Positions 16,747 to 23,225 of a stretch of DNA of 32,000 bases are shown here, in pieces. The stretch spans positions 82,180 to 114,179 of the forward strand of contig NC_007488.2 in the NCBI RefSeq assembly GCF_000012905.2. The letters are read 5' to 3'. Numbering within the stretch: the stretch's first letter is position 1; each line of letters opens with the position of its first letter. A program made the position numbers and the translations under genes. Source of the DNA: Cereibacter sphaeroides 2.4.1. Lineage in GTDB: Bacteria; Pseudomonadota; Alphaproteobacteria; Rhodobacterales; Rhodobacteraceae. The notes under the pieces were generated by a model, which did not search any database, had not been told where the DNA came from, and saw only the letters and a list, made by a program, of their open reading frames with translations.

Positions 16747-16973
16747 CTGGGATCTTTCCGGTCGGTGAGGGCCAGGGGCAGGGCATCGCGCAAGGCCCCG
16801 GCGGAGGGGAAATCGGTGGGCGAGAGGCGCCGCGGCCCGAGCGCGCGGGCCTCGGCGGGCGTGACGCGGACGCGGGCCATCAGGGCGCGGATCTCCGGAT
16901 CGCGCGGGCGGCCCGCATCGAAGGGCGCGGCGCAGAGCGCCGGAAGGGCCGAGAGAGAGGCGGGCGCCTCCAT
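16743..16973 (-). CDS. Small hypothetical protein (76 aa), translationally coupled between the permease and the lyase
   Basis: The ATG at 16973 lies 3 nt after the permease stop (16976), and its TGA overlaps the lyase ATG (ATGA at 16743-16746). Most third codon positions are G/C, as in neighbouring genes. I recognise no family. Confidence 0.45.
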   Translation of the reverse strand: MEAPASLSALPALCAAPFDAGRPRDPEIRALMARVRVTPAEARALGPRRLSPTDFPSAGALRDALPLALTDRKDPR

Positions 16974-16975
16974 CC

Positions 16976-17707
16976 TCAGGTCCTCACCGAGAGGGCGGCG
17001 TCGATCTCATGCGCCCGGTCCTCGGCCTGCGCCCCGCTCGCGGCGGAATAGGGCTTCAGGAAATGGCGCTCGATGCGCCCGCCCACCAGCGAGATCAGGG
17101 TGCAGAGGGTGAAATAGACCACGAGGATCGAACCGTAGACGAGATAGGCCGGGCTGCCGCCCTGCATGATGGTCGTCTGCTCGATCAGCACCTGGCCCGT
17201 GCGCAGCAGTTCCTGCGCCCCCACCACCGCGCCGAGCGACGTGGCCTGCACGAGCGCGGTCAGAAGCCCCACATAGGGCGGCACGATCACCGGCATCGCC
17301 TGCGGCAGCGTCACGAGGAGGAGCGTCTTCACCGGGCCGAAGCCGAAGGCCGCCGCCGTCTCGCGCTGGCCCCGGCCCACGGAGGCGAGCCCCGCGCGCA
17401 GGATCTGCGCCCCGTTGGCGCCGCCCCAGACCGAGATCGCGAGGCAGCAGGACCAGAACGGATTGAGCCCGAGCCCCGTCATGGGCAGCATGAAATAGAC
17501 GAGCAGCACCGTCACCATCAGCGGCAGGTCGCGCAGCAGCTCGACCAGCGCATAGCTCGCGCGGTTCAGAAGCCGCGGTTTGGCCGTGATGCCCATGGTG
17601 AGGAGGATGGCGCAGAAGGTGCCGCCCATCGCCACGACCGCCGACATCTTCAGCGTCTCGATCAGTCCGCCGAGCAGGAAGACGCGATATTCGTAAAGCA
17701 GGTCCAT
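16976..17707 (-). CDS. Polar amino-acid ABC transporter permease (HisM/GlnP-like)
   Basis: 243 aa, multi-span. It has the EAA-like loop ILRAGLASVGRGQRETAAAFGFG. Confidence 0.85.
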   Translation of the reverse strand: MDLLYEYRVFLLGGLIETLKMSAVVAMGGTFCAILLTMGITAKPRLLNRASYALVELLRDLPLMVTVLLVYFMLPMTGLGLNPFWSCCLAISVWGGANGAQILRAGLASVGRGQRETAAAFGFGPVKTLLLVTLPQAMPVIVPPYVGLLTALVQATSLGAVVGAQELLRTGQVLIEQTTIMQGGSPAYLVYGSILVVYFTLCTLISLVGGRIERHFLKPYSAASGAQAEDRAHEIDAALSVRT

Positions 17708-17711
17708 GGGA

Positions 17712-18380
17712 TCACCGTGACCCGTAGGGCCGGTTGAGGCGCCGTTCCAGCCGGTGCCCCAGCGCCGAGACGCCGAGGATGACGACGAGGTAGATGACGC
17801 AGATCGAGAGGAACATCTCGGTCGAGCGGAAGTCCTGCGCGATCCGGTCGACCGCGACGAAGGTCAGCTCCACGAGGCCGATGGCCTGCAGATAGGCCGA
17901 GTTCTTGATCGTGCCGACCACCGTGTTCAGCGTGGAGGGCAGGGCCGACCGCAGCGCGATGGGCGCCACCACGAGGAGCGCGTGCGGCAGCCGGCGCAGG
18001 CCCAGCGAGGCCGAGGCGTCGTGCATCTCGCGCCCGACCGAGGCCAGACCTGCGCGGAAGCTCTCGATATGGAAGGCGCTGGCCCAGATCGTGAGGGCGA
18101 GCACCCCCGACCAGAAGATCGAGAGCGTGAGCCCGAGGCTCGGCAGGCCGTAGAAGACGAAGAAGATCTGCACGAGATAGGGCGTGCCGCGGATGAACTC
18201 GACATAGCCGCGCACGGCATAGGAGAGCGGGCGGATGCCCGAGACGCGCAGCGCGCAGCCGGCCAGCCCCAGAAGGAGCGAGAAGAGGATCGCGAGCAGG
18301 CTGACCATGAGGGTCATGCCGAGGCCGCGCATGAGGTCGGGGAAGGCCGCGAGGATATAGCCCCAGTCGATGACGGTCAT
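17712..18380 (-). CDS. Polar amino-acid ABC transporter permease (HisQ/GlnP-like)
   Basis: 222 aa, multi-span. It has the EAA-like loop FRAGLASVGREMHDASASLGL. Confidence 0.85.
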   Translation of the reverse strand: MTVIDWGYILAAFPDLMRGLGMTLMVSLLAILFSLLLGLAGCALRVSGIRPLSYAVRGYVEFIRGTPYLVQIFFVFYGLPSLGLTLSIFWSGVLALTIWASAFHIESFRAGLASVGREMHDASASLGLRRLPHALLVVAPIALRSALPSTLNTVVGTIKNSAYLQAIGLVELTFVAVDRIAQDFRSTEMFLSICVIYLVVILGVSALGHRLERRLNRPYGSR

Positions 18381-18409
18381 GGTCGGTCCGGTCCGGCGGG
18401 AGGGAAGGG

Positions 18410-18433
18410 CCGGGAGGCGCGGACGCCTCCCGG
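18410..18433 (-). other. Intercistronic GC stem-loop immediately downstream of the SBP gene
   Basis: CCGGGAGGCG-cgga-CGCCTCCCGG forms a perfect 10-bp stem with a 4-nt loop. It lies 7 nt past the SBP stop (18441) and 30 nt before the next start (18380). Confidence 0.5.
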
Positions 18434-18440
18434 AGCGGGC

Positions 18441-19283
18441 TCAGATCTGCGGCGGCTCTTCGAGGAAGCCGCGCTTCATCACATCGACCACGGCCGGTTC
18501 CTCGACGAACTGCGGGATCACCGTCTCGTAGAAATCGCCCTTGCGCAGCTCGTCGAGCACCGCGTTGACGAAGGTCTGAAGCTCGGTCTCGCCCTTGCGC
18601 ATCCCCACGCCGTTCACGCCGAGGTCGAGCCCTTCCTCGATCACGCGGAGCTTGGGATAGTTGCCGCCGAGCGTGTAGATCAGCCCGCCGTCGCCCACGA
18701 ACCCGTCGGCCCGGCCCTGCATCAGCGCCTGCACCCCGTCGGCGGTGGTGTTGAGCTGCACGATCGAGATGTCGGGGATGTTGGCTTCGAGCCACTTGAT
18801 CTGCGTGGCGCCCTTGACCACCAGCACCGAGCGGCCCTGAAGGTCCGAGAGCTTCTGCACCGGGCTGTCGGCCGGCACCAGCACGTTCGAGGTGCCCCAG
18901 AAATAGATGTTGGAATAGTCGATCACCTCCTGCCGCGCGGCCGTCCGGCCCAGCGTGGCGATGATCAGATCGAGCTTGCCGGCATTCAGCGACGAGATGC
19001 GCGCCTCGCTGGTGACGCAGGAAAGCTCCGCGCCCTCCTCCGAGCCGAAGGCATAGTCGCCGATCTTCCTGGCCATCTCGACCTCGATGCCGCGCGGCTT
19101 GCCGTCGGGGCCGGAGGCGCCGAAGGGCGGGCTGTCGCATTTCACGCCGATGCGGATCTTGCCCGCCTTCTGGATCGCCTCGGGCAGGGGCGGCATGTCC
19201 TGCGCCACGGCGGCGGAGGCGGCCGAGAGCACGAGCGCCCCCGACAGAAGGAGGGAGGCGAGGCGGGTGCCGATCTTGGGCAT
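18441..19283 (-). CDS. Polar amino-acid/opine-type ABC transporter substrate-binding protein (family 3 SBP)
   Basis: In-frame ATG at 19283 within track ORF 18441..20048. The signal peptide is MPKIGTRLASLLLSGALVLSAASAAVAQD. KIRIGVKCDSPPFG and LDLIIATLGRT are typical of HisJ/GlnH-like SBPs. Confidence 0.85.
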   Translation of the reverse strand: MPKIGTRLASLLLSGALVLSAASAAVAQDMPPLPEAIQKAGKIRIGVKCDSPPFGASGPDGKPRGIEVEMARKIGDYAFGSEEGAELSCVTSEARISSLNAGKLDLIIATLGRTAARQEVIDYSNIYFWGTSNVLVPADSPVQKLSDLQGRSVLVVKGATQIKWLEANIPDISIVQLNTTADGVQALMQGRADGFVGDGGLIYTLGGNYPKLRVIEEGLDLGVNGVGMRKGETELQTFVNAVLDELRKGDFYETVIPQFVEEPAVVDVMKRGFLEEPPQI

Positions 19284-19348
19284 GGGTCGACCTTTCTGCT
19301 GGAAGAGTGAGGGGACTGGCCCCGGGTGGGCCCGATCCTTCTGCGGGA

Positions 19349-20101
19349 TCAGTGCAGGATCTGACTGAGGAACAGCCGCGAGCGTTCCTCCTGAGGGTTC
19401 GAGAAGAAGTCTTCGGGCGCCGCGCTCTCGACGATGCGGCCGCGGTCCATGAAGATCACGCGGTCGGCCACCTGACGGGCGAAGCCCATCTCGTGGGTCA
19501 CGCAGATCATGGTCATGCCCTCCTCGGCGAGCGAGACCATCGTGTCGAGCACCTCGCGCACCAGTTCGGGATCGAGCGCCGAGGTCGGCTCGTCGAACAG
19601 CATGATCTCGGGCTCCATGCAGAGCGAGCGCGCGATGGCCACCCGCTGCTGCTGGCCGCCCGAGAGCTGGCCCGGATATTTCCGCGCCTGATCGGGGATG
19701 CGCACCCGCTCGAGATAGCGCATGGCCCGCGCCTCGGCCTCGGCCCGCGGCGTGCCCCGCACCCAGCGCTGCGCGAGGGTGCAGTTCTCGAGGATCGTCA
19801 GATGCGGGTAGAGGTTGAAGTTCTGGAACACCATGCCCACGCGGCGGCGAACCTGCTCGATGTTGCGGCGCTGGTCGTTCACCTCGACCCCGCCCACGCG
19901 GATGGTGCCCGCCTGATGTTCCTCGAGCCGGTTGATGCAGCGGATCATGGTGGATTTGCCCGAACCCGAAGGCCCGCAGACCACGATCTTCTCGCCGGGC
20001 GCGACGGAGAAGGTCACATCCTGCAGCACATGCATCTGGCCGTACCACTTGTTGACACGGTCGAAGGCAATGCCCTGCTCCGCTGCGCCTGTCCCGTCCA
20101 T
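19349..20101 (-). CDS. Polar amino-acid ABC transporter ATP-binding protein (GlnQ/HisP-like)
   Basis: Walker [10 protein letters not shown], signature [15 protein letters not shown], Walker [14 protein letters not shown]-loop CVTHEMGFA. Confidence 0.9.
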   Translation of the reverse strand: MDGTGAAEQGIAFDRVNKWYGQMHVLQDVTFSVAPGEKIVVCGPSGSGKSTMIRCINRLEEHQAGTIRVGGVEVNDQRRNIEQVRRRVGMVFQNFNLYPHLTILENCTLAQRWVRGTPRAEAEARAMRYLERVRIPDQARKYPGQLSGGQQQRVAIARSLCMEPEIMLFDEPTSALDPELVREVLDTMVSLAEEGMTMICVTHEMGFARQVADRVIFMDRGRIVESAAPEDFFSNPQEERSRLFLSQILH

Positions 20102-20135
20102 CCGTCCCCCGTCGTTGCTGGCCTGGTCTGTCTCA

Positions 20136-20150
20136 ACTTGTCTGACAAGT
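20136..20150. promoter_or_regulatory. Perfect 7-1-7 palindrome, candidate GntR/HutC-type operator in the divergent promoter region
   Basis: ACTTGTC-T-GACAAGT lies 35 nt upstream of the ATPase start (20101). HutC-type operators are typically short GT..AC-containing dyads. Confidence 0.45.
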
Positions 20151-20255
20151 GAAACGTTTCTGGTGGGCGTCTGTCAATCTGGATTCTGATGCCCGACGTA
20201 TTTTTCTGCAACAAACTGAAAAGGCGTGACTTATCGCGGCGGATTGGGCAATCAT

Positions 20256-20266
20256 CTTGTCAGACA
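20256..20266. promoter_or_regulatory. Second, shorter copy of the TGTC-N-GACA dyad
   Basis: CTTGTCAGACA contains the TGTC-A-GACA dyad and shares CTTGTC with the 20136 site. It lies ~55 nt upstream of the preferred asparaginase start. Confidence 0.3.
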
Positions 20267-20319
20267 TCATGAAGCAGCCTGACTCGCGCCCCCGTGGCGC
20301 CGGGCGGAAGGAGGAGGAG

Positions 20320-21318
20320 ATGAGCCGGCAGGAAGCGCCCCGCCCGAAGGTGGCGGTGATCGCGGGAGGCGGGACGCTGACCGCCCTCGCCTCCGATCCG
20401 TTCGAGATCTGCGACTACGGGCAGGCGGGCAGCCTGACCGCGGCCGACCTCATCGACCGCTGCGCGGCGATGGCCGACCGGGTGGCGCTGGTGCCGCTCG
20501 CCTTCGAACCGCGGCCGAGCTTCGACATGGGCCCCGACCAGTGGGGCGCGATCTGCGGCCTCTGCGCGGCGGCGCTGGCCGAGGATCCGGGGCTTGCGGG
20601 CTTCGTGCTCACCCACGGGACCGGCTCGCTGGAGGAGGCGGCCTTCTTCCTCTCGCTCGTCTGGGACCTGCCGGTGCCGCTCGTGGTGACGGGCGCGCAG
20701 CGGCCCGCCTCCGCCCTCTCCAGCGACGGCTACATGAACCTCTTTCAGGCGGCGCTGGTCGCCGCCCACCCGCAGGCGCGGGCCGAGGGCGTGCTCGTCG
20801 TCGCGCATGGCGAGATCCATCTGCCCTTCGAGGTGACGAAGACGGCGACCTTCGGCCTCGACACGTTCCGCTCGCCCGATCTGGGGCCGGTGGGCCTCGT
20901 CATCGGCGGGCAGGTGCGCTTCCTGCGCCCCGCCGCTCCCCGCGCGCCGCGGGCGGACTGGCGCGTCCTCGGCGCGTTGCCGCGGGTCGATATCCTCTAT
21001 TGCCACAGCGGCGGCGACGCCTGCGCCATCGAGGCCTTCATTGCCGCGGGGGCGCGGGGCCTCGTGGTGGCGGGCTTCGCGCCCGGCTATGCCACGGGCG
21101 CGCAGGCCCGGCGGCTCGAGACATGGGTGCGCGAGGAGGGCGGGGTGGTCGTCATGGCCTCGCGCGGCCACGGGCCCGTGGTGGCCAACAGCCGCAACGA
21201 CGGCCACGGCTTCCTGCCCGCGGGCCGCGCCGCGCCGGTGAAGGCGCGGCTTCTGCTGCAACTCGCGCTGGCCGCCGGACGCGCGCCGGCGCAGATTGCA
21301 CGGGATTTCGAGTTCTAG
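20320..21318 (+). CDS. Type II L-asparaginase/glutaminase-family protein without a signal peptide, variant active-site motif (HGTGS)
   Basis: ATG 20320 is preceded by GGAGGAGGAG. The protein aligns by eye along its length to E. coli AnsB: VAVIAGGGT, GFVLTHGTGSLEEAAFFL, VTGAQRPASALSSDG, EVTKTATF, and a C-terminal KARLLLQLAL. The track start at 20257 is a TTG and was not preferred. Confidence 0.8.
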   Translation: MSRQEAPRPKVAVIAGGGTLTALASDPFEICDYGQAGSLTAADLIDRCAAMADRVALVPLAFEPRPSFDMGPDQWGAICGLCAAALAEDPGLAGFVLTHGTGSLEEAAFFLSLVWDLPVPLVVTGAQRPASALSSDGYMNLFQAALVAAHPQARAEGVLVVAHGEIHLPFEVTKTATFGLDTFRSPDLGPVGLVIGGQVRFLRPAAPRAPRADWRVLGALPRVDILYCHSGGDACAIEAFIAAGARGLVVAGFAPGYATGAQARRLETWVREEGGVVVMASRGHGPVVANSRNDGHGFLPAGRAAPVKARLLLQLALAAGRAPAQIARDFEF

Positions 21319-21339
21319 ACCGGCAAGGAGTTCAGCCGC

Positions 21340-22065
21340 ATGGAGAAACCGCGGGAAAGCAATGTCGAGCGATTGCGCACGGGCATCCTCGAGATGATCG
21401 AGGAGCTGGGCCTCGGCTTCGGAGACCGGCTGCCGACCGAGAAGGAGATGGTCGAGCGCTTCCAGATCTCGCGCCCCACGCTGCGCGAGGCGCTGAAGCT
21501 GCTGGAGCAGGAGGCGGTGATCGACAGCCATCAGGGCAAGGGCCGGTTCCTCGCCGCGGGCGCGCTCCTCAGCATCGCGCGGCCGATCACCAAGTTCGAG
21601 AGCGTCTCGCAGATGGTGAGCAGCCACGGCTACACGGCCGAGACGCGGCTTCTGGGCTTCTCGGCCGTGCCCGCCGATGCCGTCACGGCCGAGCGGCTGG
21701 CCGTGGCCGAGGGCACGCCCCTCGTCCGCGTCGAGCGGCTGCGCAGCTCGGGCGGCCAGCCGCTGGTCTATTCCGTGGACTGGCTGCCCCGCGCGCTCTT
21801 GGGCGACGGGCTCGAGGGCACGCCGGACTGGAGCGGCTCGCTCGTGGCGCTCCTCGACCGGGTGGGGCGGCGGCCCGTGGCCTCGACCGCGAACGTGCGC
21901 GCCGTCCTTCTGCCCGACGAGGTGAGCGGGCTGCACGGGCTCGAGGAGTTCGGCCCGGCGCTGCTCATCGAGGAGGTCTGCTACGCGGCCTGCGGCACGC
22001 GCGTGATCTATGCGATGGACTATCACCGGGGCTCGGCCTTCTCCTTCAGCTTCGTGCGGAAGTGA
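21340..22065 (+). CDS. GntR-family regulator, HutC subfamily (UTRA effector domain), FrlR/FraR-like
   Basis: 241 aa. The wHTH is LPTEKEMVERFQISRPTLREALKLLEQEAVI. The C-terminal half follows the UTRA pattern (TRLLGFSAVPADAVTAERLAVAEGTPLVRVERLR). Confidence 0.85.
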   Translation: MEKPRESNVERLRTGILEMIEELGLGFGDRLPTEKEMVERFQISRPTLREALKLLEQEAVIDSHQGKGRFLAAGALLSIARPITKFESVSQMVSSHGYTAETRLLGFSAVPADAVTAERLAVAEGTPLVRVERLRSSGGQPLVYSVDWLPRALLGDGLEGTPDWSGSLVALLDRVGRRPVASTANVRAVLLPDEVSGLHGLEEFGPALLIEEVCYAACGTRVIYAMDYHRGSAFSFSFVRK

Positions 22066-23167
22066 CCTCCGGCAGGGCGGCCTCGGGGCGCAGGCTGCGC
22101 TCGTCCTCCCCGAAGAGGTGCAGGCTCTGGACATCGGCCGTGAGCGCGATGGGGGCGCCGGCCTGCAGGTCGAGAACGCCCGGCAGCTTCGCGATCAGCG
22201 GCTCGGCCAGCCCGCGCGCCTCGATATAGGTGAGCTGCACCTCGCCCAGCTGCTCGATGTAGGAGATCCGCCCTTCGAGGAGCGGCGCGCCCTCGGCCAG
22301 CCGCAGGTCCTCGGGGCGGATGCCCACCTGCACCGTCCGGCCCGCAAGGCCCGCGTCGAGCGGGAAGGGCGCCCGCAGCCCGCCGCCGGTGGCGAGGTCG
22401 AGCCGCGCGCCCTCGGGCCCGATCCGCACCGTGCCCGGGATCACGTTCATCGCAGGCGAGCCGATGAAGCGCGCGACGAAGAGGTTGGCAGGCCGCCGGT
22501 AGAGATCGAGCGGCGAGCCCACCTGCTCGATCCGCCCCGCCCGCAGCACCACGATCCGGTCGGCCAGCGTCATGGCCTCGACCTGATCGTGGGTCACATA
22601 GATCATCGTGGCCCCCGGCATCGCCTGCTTGAGCTTGGCGATCTCGATCCGCGTCGCCACCCGGAGCGCGGCATCGAGGTTCGAGAGCGGCTCGTCGAAC
22701 AGGAACACCTTGGGGTCGCGCACGATGGCCCGCCCGATGGCCACCCGCTGGCGCTGCCCGCCCGAGAGCGCGCGGGGATAGCGGTCGAGATAGGGGGCGA
22801 GCTGCAGCACCTCGGCCGCGCGGGTGACGCGGCGGGCGATCTCGTCCTTCTTCAGGCCCGCGATCCGCATCCCGAAGGCCATGTTCTCGAACACCGTCAT
22901 GTGCGGATAGAGCGCGTAGGACTGGAACACCATGGCGATGCCGCGGCGCGAGGGGGCCACCTCGTTCATCCGCTCGCCGTCGATGGCGAATTCGCCCGAG
23001 CTGATGTCCTCGAGCCCCGCGATGGCGCGCAGAAGCGTGGATTTCCCGCATCCCGAGGGGCCCACGAAGACGACGAACGAGCCCGAGGGGATGTCGAGGT
23101 CGATCCCGTGCAGGACTTCCATCGAGCCATAGGTCTTGCGCACCTGGCGCAGCGTCAGTTCGGCCAT
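22046..23167 (-). CDS. Sugar ABC transporter ATP-binding protein (MalK/UgpC/MsmX-like)
   Basis: In-frame ATG at 23167 within track ORF 22046..23380. Walker A GPSGCGKST, signature LSGGQRQRVAIGRAI, Walker B VFLFDEPLSNLD, and a C-terminal regulatory/TOBE-like extension. The 3' end overlaps the convergent GntR gene by 20 nt. Confidence 0.9.
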   Translation of the reverse strand: MAELTLRQVRKTYGSMEVLHGIDLDIPSGSFVVFVGPSGCGKSTLLRAIAGLEDISSGEFAIDGERMNEVAPSRRGIAMVFQSYALYPHMTVFENMAFGMRIAGLKKDEIARRVTRAAEVLQLAPYLDRYPRALSGGQRQRVAIGRAIVRDPKVFLFDEPLSNLDAALRVATRIEIAKLKQAMPGATMIYVTHDQVEAMTLADRIVVLRAGRIEQVGSPLDLYRRPANLFVARFIGSPAMNVIPGTVRIGPEGARLDLATGGGLRAPFPLDAGLAGRTVQVGIRPEDLRLAEGAPLLEGRISYIEQLGEVQLTYIEARGLAEPLIAKLPGVLDLQAGAPIALTADVQSLHLFGEDERSLRPEAALPEVTSARS

Positions 23168-23225
23168 CGGCCTGCCCTTCCCTTGTCTGTCCGGCCCGAG
23201 GGCGCGGTGGCACCGTTCATGGCCG

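Noticed and set aside
15166-17112. 648-aa plus-strand ORF antisense to the ArgH-like lyase; also 14183..15160(+) antisense to the SIS gene
   Set aside because: The lyase and SIS frames carry exact family signatures. The antisense frames are Arg/Gly/Ala/His/Glu/Pro-rich shadows.
17662-19310. Long ORFs 17662..19140(-), 17754..19310(+) and 17009..17737(+) over the amino-acid ABC permease and SBP genes
   Set aside because: They are out of frame with or antisense to hydrophobic permease frames and a signal-peptide-bearing SBP. Their charged, low-complexity composition is incompatible with a membrane operon.
20257-20319. N-terminal extension of the asparaginase ORF (TTG start at 20257 or ATG at 20269)
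   Set aside because: ATG 20320 is directly preceded by a strong GGAGGAGGAG Shine-Dalgarno. The extension would also cover the candidate operator at 20256-20266. It remains a possible alternative start only.
20260-22229. 624-aa minus-strand ORF 20260..22134 and 562-aa plus-strand ORF 20541..22229 across the asparaginase and GntR genes
   Set aside because: The asparaginase frame aligns end to end with AnsB and the GntR frame has a clear wHTH. The alternatives are shadow frames.
23182-23189. CTTGTCTG, identical to the left half of the 20136 palindrome, in the gap between the FAD oxidoreductase and ATPase genes
   Set aside because: It is only a half-site with no dyad partner. An 8-mer match is expected by chance about once in a window of this size on two strands.
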